From a bacterium (GTDB lineage Bacteria > Patescibacteriota > Minisyncoccia > Phycocordibacterales > Phycocordibacteraceae): 64,000 nt of DNA. The position numbers and the translations under genes are program-made. A model generated the notes under the pieces. The model saw only the letters and a list, made by a program, of their open reading frames with translations. It had not been told where the DNA came from and did not search any database. The DNA lies in NCBI GenBank assembly GCA_021784815.1, contig JAJYHK010000005.1, positions 25,917 to 89,916 of the forward strand, read 5' to 3'. Numbering within the stretch: position 1 is the stretch's first letter; the number at the start of each line of letters is the position of its first letter. Positions 40,998-50,976 of this stretch are shown here, in pieces.

Positions 40998-42727
40998 CGC
41001 GCAACGGCGCCCGAGAGCGTCTTGCGGCGTATTTAGAACCCCTTACGCGGCAACGCCGTGTTCGGCTGTTTGAAGCTGTTTCCGTGCGTCTGCGCACGCT
41101 CCCGGCGAGTGATCGGCTTTTCTTAGGGATGCTCGGAGCACTGATCGCCATTACCGCCGTTGCGAGCGTCTTTGCGCTCGAGCACAAGCTCCTCGTCATC
41201 GTTCCTGCGTACGGCGGCACGCTCGTCGAGGGGGGTGTCGGTAGTCCGCGCTTTATAAATCCGCTCCTTGCTATTAGCGATGCAGATAACGACCTCACGA
41301 CGCTTACCTACGCCGGCCTCATGGGCATCTCGGGCGGCGGTTCGCTCGTGCCGGTTCTTGCCCAGAGCTATACCGTGTCGCCTGACGGTAAGACGTACAC
41401 CTTTACCCTGCGGCCGAATGCGCAATTCAGCAATGGTATGCCGGTTACTGCGCAAGACGTGGTATACACGGTGGAGAAAGCGCAGGATCCGGCGCTCAAG
41501 AGCCCGGAGTACGCTGACTGGGCGGGTATCGGGGTGACTGCCGTAGACCCGCACACGGTGCGCTTCACCCTCCCCCGGCCCTACGCGCCATTCCTTGAGC
41601 TCACGACCCTCGGCATCCTGCCCTCAGAGCTCTGGAAGGGCGCTTCGGTCGAAGACTTCCCGTTCTCACAACTTGAGACGCACCCTGTAGGCGCCGGGCC
41701 GTTCATGGTGACGAGCGTGTCGCGCAATTCGTCAGGCCTCATTACGAACGTGACGCTCGCGGAGAATCCCCACTACCCGCTCGGCCGGCCCTACTTGGGC
41801 GGCTTACAATTCAAGTTCTACTCCCGCATCGAAGACCTCGCCTCAGCACTCAAGAATGGCGCCATTGAGAGCGCGTACGGTATTTCTACGCCCGGTGCCC
41901 TACTCGCGCCCTATTCGCGCATCTTCGGGGTCTTCCTGAACCCGAGCGAAAACCAAGCTTATTCGCAGCCGGCAGTGCGCGAGGCGCTCTCGCTCGCGAT
42001 TGACCGGCAAGCGCTCGTGCAGAACGTGCTTGGGGGCTACGCCACGGCAATCATGGGTCCGGTTCCTCCGGGAAGCGGCATCACCCAGGCAGCGATCCCG
42101 AGCGCGGCGAACTACACCGCGGCGGCAGCCCAGGTACTCGAGCGCGCAGGCTGGTCCTACGACAGCAACGCGCGCGAGTGGAAGAACGGAAAACTCACGT
42201 TGCAAAACATCACCCTGCGCACGAGTAACGCCTCGGAGCTCAAGAATGTGGCGCTGGCCGTGCAGCGCGACTGGCAACAGCTAGGCGTCACCGTATCGGT
42301 CGAGCTGTATGAGCCGGGCGACCTCTCGCAAAACGTGATCCAGCCGCGCGCCTATGACGCGCTGCTCTACGGCGAGGTCATCGGCCGGAGTCAGGATCTG
42401 TACGCATTCTGGAATTCCCAGGAACAGAACAACCCCGGCCTCAATGTCGCGCTCTACGCGAACAAAAGCGTCGATGCGCTCCTTGAGGACGCGCGTACCA
42501 ATCCCAACCCGAAAGCCCGCCTCTCCGACCTGCAGCAAATCGAGATAACAATCGCTTCTGACTACGGCGCCGTTTTCCTCTACGCACCGGACTTCGTGTA
42601 CTCGGTCCCCGCAGGACTCCGCGGGGTGAAGTTACCCCAGATTGCCGCGCCCGCAGACCGGTTCGCGAATGTGTCGAAGTGGTACCTCGATACCGCGCGG
42701 GTTTGGCCGTTTTTTGCTAAGCAGTGA
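40994..42727 (+). CDS. ABC transporter substrate-binding protein, family 5 (peptide/nickel-type)
   Basis: N-terminal signal-anchor, SBP_bac_5 core (TYTFTLRPNAQFSNGMPVTAQDVVYT ... QNNPGLN), about 575 aa; start at ATG overlapping secG stop. Confidence 0.75.
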   Translation: MTRNGARERLAAYLEPLTRQRRVRLFEAVSVRLRTLPASDRLFLGMLGALIAITAVASVFALEHKLLVIVPAYGGTLVEGGVGSPRFINPLLAISDADNDLTTLTYAGLMGISGGGSLVPVLAQSYTVSPDGKTYTFTLRPNAQFSNGMPVTAQDVVYTVEKAQDPALKSPEYADWAGIGVTAVDPHTVRFTLPRPYAPFLELTTLGILPSELWKGASVEDFPFSQLETHPVGAGPFMVTSVSRNSSGLITNVTLAENPHYPLGRPYLGGLQFKFYSRIEDLASALKNGAIESAYGISTPGALLAPYSRIFGVFLNPSENQAYSQPAVREALSLAIDRQALVQNVLGGYATAIMGPVPPGSGITQAAIPSAANYTAAAAQVLERAGWSYDSNAREWKNGKLTLQNITLRTSNASELKNVALAVQRDWQQLGVTVSVELYEPGDLSQNVIQPRAYDALLYGEVIGRSQDLYAFWNSQEQNNPGLNVALYANKSVDALLEDARTNPNPKARLSDLQQIEITIASDYGAVFLYAPDFVYSVPAGLRGVKLPQIAAPADRFANVSKWYLDTARVWPFFAKQ

Positions 42728-42798
42728 CCTTTTTCGTACGGGTTTGGCGTTCGTACTTTGTTAATTGCAAGCCCTTTATTCAACTATTGACTTGATCT

Positions 42799-44706
42799 AT
42801 GAATTCATCACCTGCTCCGGCGCCTGCTCCCGAACGGAGCGCCCCTCGCGGACAAACTTCCCACCCTTCGGCGCGTCCTGAGCGCGCAAACGGTGACCGA
42901 CCGCAACGACGGCGCGGCGGCGGCTCGCGCGGCAACAGCGCCCGGCGCATCCAGCGCATGCGCGGTCGCGCGCCCTCCGCACCCACTAAACCGCGCGGCG
43001 CAGACTACTACCCCGACCCGGTCGGGGGAAACGCGGTACGCATCATTCCGCTGGGCGGCGCCGAAGAGGTCGGCCGCAACTGTTTCGCGGTCGAGGTGGG
43101 CGCAACCGGCGACATTATCGTCCTCGACGCGGGCTTCCAGTTCGTCTCTGAAGACGGCAGCGGCCCAGGCGTCGACTACCTCCTCCCCAACACCCGCTAT
43201 CTCGAGCACAACCAGGATCGCGTCCGCGGCGTCATCATCACCCACGGCCATCTCGACCACATCGGCGGTATCCCTTTCCTCCTGCCGCGCTTTGGCACCC
43301 CGCCGATCTACACCCAGCGTCTTACCTCGGTCATGATCCAGCGCCGTCAGGAAGAATTCCCGGACGTGCCTAGGCCCGAGATGGTCGAGGTTGAGGTCGG
43401 TCAAACGGTCACTATCGGCTCGACCAAGGTGAAGTTCTTCCCGGTGACCCACTCAATCCCCGACTCCATGGGCGTCTCGATCATGACCCCGCAGGGCAAC
43501 GTCGTCGTCACCGGTGATCTCAAGCTCGAGCATGACGGCACGACGCCGAGCGAACACGAACAGAAGACCTGGGGCGATATCGGTAAGGACAAGAACATCT
43601 TCTTCATTGCCGACTCGACGAATGCCGAGCGCGACGGCTTTTCGATCCCGGAAAAACGCGTCAACGACACGCTCGAAAACATCGTGAAGACGGTGAACGG
43701 CCGGCTCATCATCGGCACCTTCGCCTCGCAGTTCGAGCGCATGGTGCGCATTATCCAGATTGCCGAGAAGCTCGGCAAAAAGATCGTCACCGAGGGCCGT
43801 TCGATCAAGAACAACATCGAGATCGCGCAGATGACCGGCCTCCTCAAGATGGATAAGGATACGATCATTCCGGCCCAGGATATCGGCGACTACCCGCCGG
43901 ACAAGATTCTCATTCTCTGCACCGGCGCCCAGGGCGAGCAGTTCGCCGCCTTGATGCGCATCGCGACCAACCAGCACAAGTACATCACGCTCAACAGCCG
44001 CGACACGATCGTGCTCTCTTCTTCGGTTATTCCGGGCAACGAAATCTCCGTGCAGACGCTCAAGGACAATCTCTACCGCCATGATATAACCCTGATCCAC
44101 TACCGCTCGAGTGACGTGCACTCGACCGGCCACGGTAACGCCGGCGAGCTCGTGTGGATCAACCAGCAGGTCGGTGCGAAGTTCTTCATGCCCTACTACG
44201 GCTACCACTCGATGCTCCGCTGCCATGCCCGCGCAGTCGAGCAAGCAGGCCGTCCCAAGGACACGATCGTGATCCCGGACAACGGCATGGTCATCGATGT
44301 AGAGGACGGCGAACGGCTTAACATCCATAAACAGAAGGTGCCGGCGTCCGCGATGGTCGTCGATGGCTTCACGATCGGCGACATCCAGGAAGTCGTTATC
44401 CGCGACCGCCAAGCGCTCTCCAAAGACGGCATGTTCGTCATCGTCGTGAGCGTGAACATGAAGACCGGCAAACTGCGCAAGTCGCCTGACATCATGAGCC
44501 GCGGCTTCGTGTACCTGCGCGAGTCGCAAGCGCTCCTGAACGAAGCGCGGCTGCTCATTAAAAAGACCGTCGAGGACTCGACGCGCGGCATGAACCCGAT
44601 CGACCTCGACTACGTCAAGAACAATCTGGCAGACGTCATGAGCGGGTTTCTCTTTGCGCGCACGAACAAGGCGCCGCTGGTGCTGCCGATGGTCATCGGC
44701 ATGTAG
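42799..44706 (+). CDS. rnj: Ribonuclease J (MBL/beta-CASP) with Arg/Pro-rich N-terminal extension
   Basis: HxHxDH motif (ITHGHLDHIGG), beta-CASP and C-terminal RNase J domain; first about 70 aa low-complexity. Confidence 0.85.
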   Translation: MNSSPAPAPAPERSAPRGQTSHPSARPERANGDRPQRRRGGGSRGNSARRIQRMRGRAPSAPTKPRGADYYPDPVGGNAVRIIPLGGAEEVGRNCFAVEVGATGDIIVLDAGFQFVSEDGSGPGVDYLLPNTRYLEHNQDRVRGVIITHGHLDHIGGIPFLLPRFGTPPIYTQRLTSVMIQRRQEEFPDVPRPEMVEVEVGQTVTIGSTKVKFFPVTHSIPDSMGVSIMTPQGNVVVTGDLKLEHDGTTPSEHEQKTWGDIGKDKNIFFIADSTNAERDGFSIPEKRVNDTLENIVKTVNGRLIIGTFASQFERMVRIIQIAEKLGKKIVTEGRSIKNNIEIAQMTGLLKMDKDTIIPAQDIGDYPPDKILILCTGAQGEQFAALMRIATNQHKYITLNSRDTIVLSSSVIPGNEISVQTLKDNLYRHDITLIHYRSSDVHSTGHGNAGELVWINQQVGAKFFMPYYGYHSMLRCHARAVEQAGRPKDTIVIPDNGMVIDVEDGERLNIHKQKVPASAMVVDGFTIGDIQEVVIRDRQALSKDGMFVIVVSVNMKTGKLRKSPDIMSRGFVYLRESQALLNEARLLIKKTVEDSTRGMNPIDLDYVKNNLADVMSGFLFARTNKAPLVLPMVIGM

Positions 44707-44762
44707 GCAAAAACAGTCACGAAACAACCACGGCCTCCCTTCGGGAGGCCGTGGTTGTTTGC

Positions 44763-45560
44763 TTAGGCGAGCCGCCAATTCCTTTGTACTTTCACAATGA
44801 ACCCCTCCTCCTTTAGCTTGCTGAGCGCCACGGCGAGCTGGTCGCGGCGGTCGTCGCCCAGGAGCCCGAGGAGACGTGCTTCGGTCTGCGAGCCCTTTGC
44901 GAGTTCTTTGAGAATGGCGCCCCGCGCCTCGCGGTTACTCCCGCTAAATTTCGACTGCTTGGTGTAGTGCGAGCTCCTCGCATTTATCCGCACGCCCGAG
45001 CGCTTGAGAAACGAGCCGTAGTCCATGAGCGCGTAGTACCACTCGCGCACGTTCCCCTTCGGCATCACTTTATGCAAAATCTCCGCTATTTCTTTGTCAC
45101 TGACTTTCTCCTGTCCGGGAAAGAAGTGGTGCGTGATGGCGGTGCGGACGTTCGTCTCAAGCACGAGCCCGGGTTCGTCCCACGCAAACGCCGCGACAGC
45201 GGTGGCTGTGTACGGTCCCACGCCGGACAGCTTCTCTAACTCGGCCACGCTCTCGGGCATGCCTTCTTTTGCAATCTGCTTGGCGGCTTCGTGGAGCATC
45301 TTCGCGCGGCGGTTGTAACCAAGCCCCTGCCAGGTCTTGAGCACTTCGCTGAGCGGCGCTGCGGCAAGCCGCCGCGCCGTCGGAAACCGTCTCAAAAACT
45401 CCCGATAGTACGGCTCGACCCGCTCCACCTGCGTCTGCTGGAGCATGACCTCGCTCACCAAAATCTTGTACAGGTCACGCGTCTTTCTCCACGACAGCTC
45501 GTGCCGCCCGTGCTTTTTATAGTGCGTCCACACTAACCGCCTAAACTTTTGAACTTTCAT
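44763..45560 (-). CDS. HhH-GPD family DNA glycosylase (MutY/EndoIII-like, apparently without Fe-S Cys cluster)
   Basis: HhH motif LSGVGPYTATAVAAFAW with catalytic Asp region; lacks the C-terminal CX6CX2CX5C cluster. Confidence 0.65.
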   Translation of the reverse strand: MKVQKFRRLVWTHYKKHGRHELSWRKTRDLYKILVSEVMLQQTQVERVEPYYREFLRRFPTARRLAAAPLSEVLKTWQGLGYNRRAKMLHEAAKQIAKEGMPESVAELEKLSGVGPYTATAVAAFAWDEPGLVLETNVRTAITHHFFPGQEKVSDKEIAEILHKVMPKGNVREWYYALMDYGSFLKRSGVRINARSSHYTKQSKFSGSNREARGAILKELAKGSQTEARLLGLLGDDRRDQLAVALSKLKEEGFIVKVQRNWRLA

Positions 45561-45566
45561 TCCGTC

Positions 45567-46163
45567 TTAAACAAGCAGCACCTCAATTCTGTCCGCGAGC
45601 GTTTCAACCGGTGAGGCACAGAGTGTATGGAACCCATGCTGCTGCGCCTGCTTTCGTACGACTTCGCTGTAGGAAAAAGAAAACGCAACGTTAGTGTCGA
45701 TCGTTTCAGCCGCTTTTCCATGCCGATTTCGCTCCAGCTGCTTTGTTTTTATTGCGCCTGGTTCATCGTACAAAAATACCGCAGCAACGCCTTCCTGAGA
45801 ACGCTGTGCAAGCATTTCAGGAATAAGGGCATCCCCTTCCATGATTATTTTCTCACCTAGGCGCACGTGCTTTGAGATTATGGAATCGACTCCCGGCCAG
45901 AGCGCGCGGCCGACATTGAGCAGATTCTCAACGAACTCCTCATTACTAAACCGCTCATGGTAATCGGGCGTATCAACAAATGTGTACAGAGCCGGTTGCG
46001 CCTCTCTCGGAACCATAGACCGCACGGCGATCCGCAAATCATCGAGTTCCAAAAAGGGCGCGCTGTAGCGTTGCGCAAGTTCTCGGGCAGCACTCGACTT
46101 TCCTATACCCGAGGTACCGCCAATCAACAGAACCTTCCACTTCGCCTCCGTGTCAGATCTCAT
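45567..46163 (-). CDS. P-loop NTPase/kinase-like protein
   Basis: Walker A LLIGGTSGIGKSSAA; about 198 aa; family not resolvable from sequence alone. Confidence 0.45.
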   Translation of the reverse strand: MRSDTEAKWKVLLIGGTSGIGKSSAARELAQRYSAPFLELDDLRIAVRSMVPREAQPALYTFVDTPDYHERFSNEEFVENLLNVGRALWPGVDSIISKHVRLGEKIIMEGDALIPEMLAQRSQEGVAAVFLYDEPGAIKTKQLERNRHGKAAETIDTNVAFSFSYSEVVRKQAQQHGFHTLCASPVETLADRIEVLLV

Positions 46164-46842
46164 AAATCACGTCCTTGCGCTCGACGACAATCGGCCAGCC
46201 GCGGCGTTTCGCATGAGCATAGAGCTTTTGGTTCGGATTGAAAGCGACCGGTTGCTCGACCGCCTCGAGCATCGGGATATCGCTCTCGGTGTCGCCCACC
46301 GCAATCGACCCTTCGAGTGCGAGGCCCTCTTTGCGCACCGCCCGCTGAAGCACCGCGGCTTTATTGAGAATGAGCTCTTTGTCATCCACCTCGCCGGTGA
46401 ACTGGTTCGACGGGCCGGTCGCATAGAACGTACCGTACACCTTGTCGAATCCGTGCTCGTATCCGAAGCCGTCTATAATGAACTTCGGCGAGAGCGAAAT
46501 GCCGAGTATGAAATAGCCCCTCTGCTTGAGCGCTTTAATTCGATCGCGCGTGTAGCGGTACACGCGGTCGCGCTTTTCTTCTAGTACCTCGCCTGCGAGG
46601 TTCGCAACCTCCTCGTACGGCAGCCCCTTTATCTGCGCGCCAAAGGTGGCGACCACTTTCTCGATGTACGCCTCGTAGTCGCCCTTTCGATCGAGCCACT
46701 GCTTCTGCTCGCGCTCGTAGGTCTCCCGCGCCGCGCGCGGGAAGAGCCCCGCTTCGATAAGCCGCTCGGCGAGCTCGATGAAGAGCGACGACCGAAACAC
46801 CGTTCCGTCTATGTCGAATGCTGCGACCGGGCGTTTCCCCAT
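46153..46842 (-). CDS. HAD-superfamily hydrolase, subfamily IB (SerB-like)
   Basis: Motif I DIDGT, motif III K, motif IV GDTESD. Confidence 0.7.
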   Translation of the reverse strand: MGKRPVAAFDIDGTVFRSSLFIELAERLIEAGLFPRAARETYEREQKQWLDRKGDYEAYIEKVVATFGAQIKGLPYEEVANLAGEVLEEKRDRVYRYTRDRIKALKQRGYFILGISLSPKFIIDGFGYEHGFDKVYGTFYATGPSNQFTGEVDDKELILNKAAVLQRAVRKEGLALEGSIAVGDTESDIPMLEAVEQPVAFNPNQKLYAHAKRRGWPIVVERKDVIYEI

Positions 46843-46857
46843 CGCTCGTATCCTACC

Positions 46858-47625
46858 CTATTTCGCCTTGGGCCAGCGAGTCGCCGATTCTTTCCAAAGC
46901 TTCGTGAGCGGGTGGCGAACGCAGTCGTGCGGACGCGCGGGACACATGTAACGCCCGTAGAGCACAAGGCCGTTGTTCACGTACTTCCAGTCCCTTTTCG
47001 GCACAAGCTGCTCGAGATCTTTGGAAATCTTCTTAAGATCGTTAGCGTCGGTAAGGTCAAAACGCTTCGCAAAGCGCTTCACGTGCGTATCGGTCGCGAT
47101 ACCCTCCCATACGTCGAAAAGCTCGCCCAAAATCACATGCGCGGTTTTGTAGCCGATACCCGGCAGTGCAACAAGCTCCGCCTCGGTGCGCGGTACCCTG
47201 CCCTTATGCTTTTCTTCAATCACCTTCGCCGCTCCCAAAATCGCCTTGGCTTTATTGCGAAAAAGCGGGATCGAGGAAATCTCTTTTGTGAACGTCCCCA
47301 AAGACGCTTGCGCGAAGTCGCGCGGCATTTTGTACTTCTTCCAGAGTGTCCCGGTGGCCTTGTTTACTGCCTTGTCCGTGCACTGGGCTGAAAGCATCAC
47401 CGCCGCGACGAACTGGAAATTGGTCTTATACTTGAGCTCGCTCTTCGGCTTTGGATATGCTTTTTTAAGATAATCGACGATTTTCCTCGCGCGCGCAGCG
47501 CGGATGCGGGAACGCATAGCTCCACGGTAGCACAAAAGCAAAGCGGCCCCATCACGGAGCCGCCAATGCCGGATATGCGTCACAAGCGTCCGGCTACTTC
47601 GGCGAGTAGCCAGATGAAAAACCAC
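46858..47625 (-). CDS. nth: Endonuclease III (DNA-(apurinic/apyrimidinic site) lyase)
   Basis: HhH-GPD with LPGIGYKTAHVIL, catalytic Lys, and C-terminal 4Fe-4S Cys ligands (C-x6-C-x2-C-x5-C region MCPARPHDC). Confidence 0.85.
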   Translation of the reverse strand: MVFHLATRRSSRTLVTHIRHWRLRDGAALLLCYRGAMRSRIRAARARKIVDYLKKAYPKPKSELKYKTNFQFVAAVMLSAQCTDKAVNKATGTLWKKYKMPRDFAQASLGTFTKEISSIPLFRNKAKAILGAAKVIEEKHKGRVPRTEAELVALPGIGYKTAHVILGELFDVWEGIATDTHVKRFAKRFDLTDANDLKKISKDLEQLVPKRDWKYVNNGLVLYGRYMCPARPHDCVRHPLTKLWKESATRWPKAK

Positions 47626-47995
47626 CGCGTTTGCTCCTTTCGTTGTTTTTTGTCGCCGGTTGCGATGCGGTCCAGTCGATCGTTAATGTCCAAGAAGCAT
47701 TTGCGTGCCGCCGCGCACGCAGCCCGGTCAGCCAAGGCGGGTTGCCCTGTGGAATCGTACTCGATCCTGCTTACGCCAACGACCCGTCCGGTTCGTTTGT
47801 ACATCAGCCCGATAATAAGCACCCACAGCAGGAATCGTTTCTGGTCCTTCTGTGGGAACTTCGCTGCCCTGCGCATCACGACGGCTTCAAGCTCGCGCAG
47901 AGGACAAATTGTTTCGAAACCGATCTCAACCACGTCGATACTCCCCGCATTCTTGGGCCCGATCTCACCCTACGTCCTGCGCTCCTTGAGCGCAA

Positions 47996-48526
47996 CTATC
48001 GCGCACGTTCATGCAAATCGGCTATGACCTCGGCCGCATGATTTTCCGGCTTCACCTTCTCGTATATCTTGGCAACCTTCCCTTCCGGGTCGATGAGGAA
48101 CGACGTGCGGCTCGTACCCATATAGGCCTTCCCCCTCATCTTCTTCTCGCCGAAGACGCCGTACTGGTTCACCACCTCTTTGTGCTCATCAGCAAGGAGC
48201 GTAAAGGGCAACTCGTAGGCGGTCGCGAACTTCTTGTGGCTCGCGACGCTGTCGGTCGAGATGCCGAGCACTATCGCACCGATCTTTCCGAAATCGGCGA
48301 ACTGATCGCGAATCGTGCACGCCTCAAGCGTACAGCCAGGCGTATCATCTTTCGGGTAAAAATACAGCAGTACCCATTTGCCGCGATACTCAGAAAAGGC
48401 GTGGCTGTTGCCGTCTTGGTCTTGGAGCGTGAATTCAGGAGCGATACTTCCGACCGCAGGAATCTGTGCCATGCATGCTCCAGTATACTCGCAATAAACC
48501 CGAATACATAATGGCAATGCCGTCAC
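47996..48526 (-). CDS. bcp: Peroxiredoxin, Bcp-type thiol peroxidase
   Basis: FYPKDDTPGCTLEAC with peroxidatic and resolving Cys; probable true start at MAQIPAVG. Confidence 0.85.
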   Translation of the reverse strand: MTALPLCIRVYCEYTGACMAQIPAVGSIAPEFTLQDQDGNSHAFSEYRGKWVLLYFYPKDDTPGCTLEACTIRDQFADFGKIGAIVLGISTDSVASHKKFATAYELPFTLLADEHKEVVNQYGVFGEKKMRGKAYMGTSRTSFLIDPEGKVAKIYEKVKPENHAAEVIADLHERAR

Positions 48527-48533
48527 GTGAGTA

Positions 48534-49121
48534 TCACCGCGACGCTATGGGCAGCCCCTCACGCTCCCGCGACTCGGGGAGTCCTCGCCTGCGGACCGGT
48601 TCGATGCGCGTCGCGAATATAAAAATGAGGAACGCAATAATCGCCGAGCCGAGGCAATACTCACAGAGCGCCTGGATCACGAATACCTGTAGCAACGTGA
48701 AGGCAACAGAGACCAGCAAACCGGCTGCGGCAAAGACTTGGAGCACGCGCCGCAGGAGCCGATCAAAAATGGCGAGCTCAAGCGCCGAAAGTGCGAAGAC
48801 TACGCCGTAAAACAGGAGCCCATATTCGGCAACGGGAACGCCGAAGATATGCGAATACGGACTCTGCGCCACGATATTGCATCCCGAGAGGTGCGTAAGG
48901 TCGCATTGAAGGGGCGTCCCGCTAATCTCGTGCTGCGCGAGATAGGCCGAGTCGGCAAGGCCGCAAAACGCAAGCACAAGTATGAAGATGACGCCCAGCC
49001 GCTTCATAATGATGTCTTCACCATACGCGCCGAAAGTCCCCTCTGCAAGCCCCGAAGCGCAGCGACACGTTGGGTGCCGCGCTTGCCTTCCTGTGCGGGA
49101 AGGAGCCGCGCAGCGCATCAC
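48534..49121 (-). CDS. Vitamin K epoxide reductase (VKOR) family membrane protein
   Basis: 4 TM helices with loop Cys pair (LQCDLTHLSGC) and active-site CxxC (ALCEYC). Confidence 0.65.
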   Translation of the reverse strand: MMRCAAPSRTGRQARHPTCRCASGLAEGTFGAYGEDIIMKRLGVIFILVLAFCGLADSAYLAQHEISGTPLQCDLTHLSGCNIVAQSPYSHIFGVPVAEYGLLFYGVVFALSALELAIFDRLLRRVLQVFAAAGLLVSVAFTLLQVFVIQALCEYCLGSAIIAFLIFIFATRIEPVRRRGLPESREREGLPIASR

Positions 49122-49493
49122 GAGGTCGCCCTATGGGGAAGAAACCGGCCTCGCATTTGCATCGTTATGACTCACAGAGGCTCGTTCACAAGGGCCAGCC
49201 CGAGGCACCCCCTTGTCTCGCCGTTTCGCTCCAGCGAAACGGCTTACCCATAAACCGCATGGTGTATGCGCATGTTCTGCGCGCTCGGGTTTGGCGTCTT
49301 TCTCATCATTTTGGCAACGCTCATGCCAGAGGTGTTTGCACAGCTCTCGAGGACCCTCGTCGTAATTCCTCCCGAGCTCCCAGCAAGCATTCGCCGCTGC
49401 CGGGATTGTCGCTTCGCACGCCCCCGGCATCGTTGCTGCCACTCACTAAAAACATCGCGCCGCTCATTCGAGCGGCGTCGTGCTAGCGCTTCC

Positions 49494-49990
49494 TCAACAA
49501 CACTCCTGATCGCCAGACTCGCTTTCCTGCGACTCGGGCTCACCCATAAACCGATTGGTCCCGGCCTCCTCCCGCTCATGTACCGCTGGCTCCGAAAGCC
49601 CGAAGTAGTGCCCCACCTCGTGCCAGAGCGTTTCTCGTATCGCAAGCCGCACCGCTTCTTCGAAGGTGGGCGCGCGGCGCTCGTCGAGGAGCGCCCGCGC
49701 CTCGTCGAGGAGCGGCAGCCGATAAAGCGTAATGGTGTCGGGGAGCACACCGCTATAGAACTCGCCTCGGTCATTTGCAGGCACGCCCCGATAGAGTCCG
49801 AGCAAGGTCTCGTCGGACCCAAGTCCCTCCTCGCGCAACACCCCGGCGCTCGGTTCGTCCTCAATCAGGAGGGCGACATTTTCGATTCGGCGCGCGAAGC
49901 GCGCCGGAATCTTCCGAGATTCTTCCGCTCGAGGCGTTCGAATGTTTTTGCGTCCATACCCATGCGAAGGGTTGCTGTTCGCGATTCCCA
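49494..49990 (-). CDS. Zincin-like metallopeptidase family protein (DUF1025-like), start uncertain
   Basis: HEVGHYFGL HExxH motif at C-terminus; the first ATG would overlap the upstream gene by 175 nt, so a TTG/GTG start near 49990 is assumed. Confidence 0.45.
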
Positions 49991-50097
49991 ACAGGCTATC
50001 AGGTAGACGACACCACCGCCCAGAGGCGGTGGTGTCGAACGCAGCCCCGCGCCAAGGCGAGTGAACGCTACTACGCTCGCTAGCAGCAGCGTTCCGG

Positions 50098-50967
50098 CTA
50101 GAAGCCGTTCTCGTCAAGAGTGCGGAGCTGCTTGTAAGGGCGAATGCCCCTACACTCACTGTTACGCGCAATGGACAATATTCTTTCAGTGCTCGAAGAG
50201 AAGATAGCGATGGGTGGCGTGAGCGCCGGCGCGCCGAGGCCGAACACGCGCCACGGGAACACGAAACACGCATGGAAAATCGTGCTTGAGGCGGACGCGC
50301 CCGCTATCGGCACACCAACAATGCGCACCATTCCGCCGCGCGCGAGCACGGTAAGGTCGATGCCCCGTAGATCCGATGCGTCTATCTTCCATAGATGCCC
50401 GGAGAAGTCCTTGAGCACGAAGCCCAGTGGAGAAGAGGACGCGGCCGACACTACGACGCCGCCGAGCAATCCTTTAGTCGGATTCAGCCACCAGTTGCGC
50501 TCCTGCTCCAAAATGGGCCGATAGAAAGGCGGAAAACTGCCGATGGATTCTTCGATTTGGCCGCCATATCCGCCGGCATAGAGCGCACCCCCGAGCGTTA
50601 CCGAGGTGAGCACCGCCCCTATTGCGATGAGCGAAAGCGGATAACGATAGCCGCGCTTGGTGTGGCGGATGTTGAAGTAGCCAATGAGCACAAAAACCGC
50701 AAGCGCCAGGATCCACAGAAACGGCACGACCGAGAGCATGAAGGAAAAGAGGTCCGAGTGCGTTACCAGGTACAGGCGCCAGGTCGTATTTTCGATCTCG
50801 AAGAGGGCCGCGGAAAAAGCGACGGCGCCCAGCGCGACTGCAAGCGCGCCCACCGCCCAGAACAGGTAGTTCTTGAGCAAAAACTCCCAACGCGGACGCG
50901 GATGCACACCCTCGATTTTGATTCGATTAAGAACGCGCTCGACAAACTGGTCGGAGGTGTCGGTCAT
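50098..50967 (-). CDS. Membrane protein, putative anti-sigma factor partner
   Basis: Immediately downstream of ECF sigma gene; cytoplasmic N-terminus then several TM helices. Confidence 0.4.
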   Translation of the reverse strand: MTDTSDQFVERVLNRIKIEGVHPRPRWEFLLKNYLFWAVGALAVALGAVAFSAALFEIENTTWRLYLVTHSDLFSFMLSVVPFLWILALAVFVLIGYFNIRHTKRGYRYPLSLIAIGAVLTSVTLGGALYAGGYGGQIEESIGSFPPFYRPILEQERNWWLNPTKGLLGGVVVSAASSSPLGFVLKDFSGHLWKIDASDLRGIDLTVLARGGMVRIVGVPIAGASASSTIFHACFVFPWRVFGLGAPALTPPIAIFSSSTERILSIARNSECRGIRPYKQLRTLDENGF

Positions 50968-50976
50968 GGGAAGGCG

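Noticed and set aside
47626-47995. ORFs of 117-153 aa on both strands in the nth-bcp intergenic gap (47580-47933 minus; 47566-48027 / 47631-48041 plus)
   Set aside because: They are mutually overlapping with no motifs, and one overlaps the nth start. I cannot support any as a gene. The 370-nt gap may instead hold promoters for the divergent or tandem genes.
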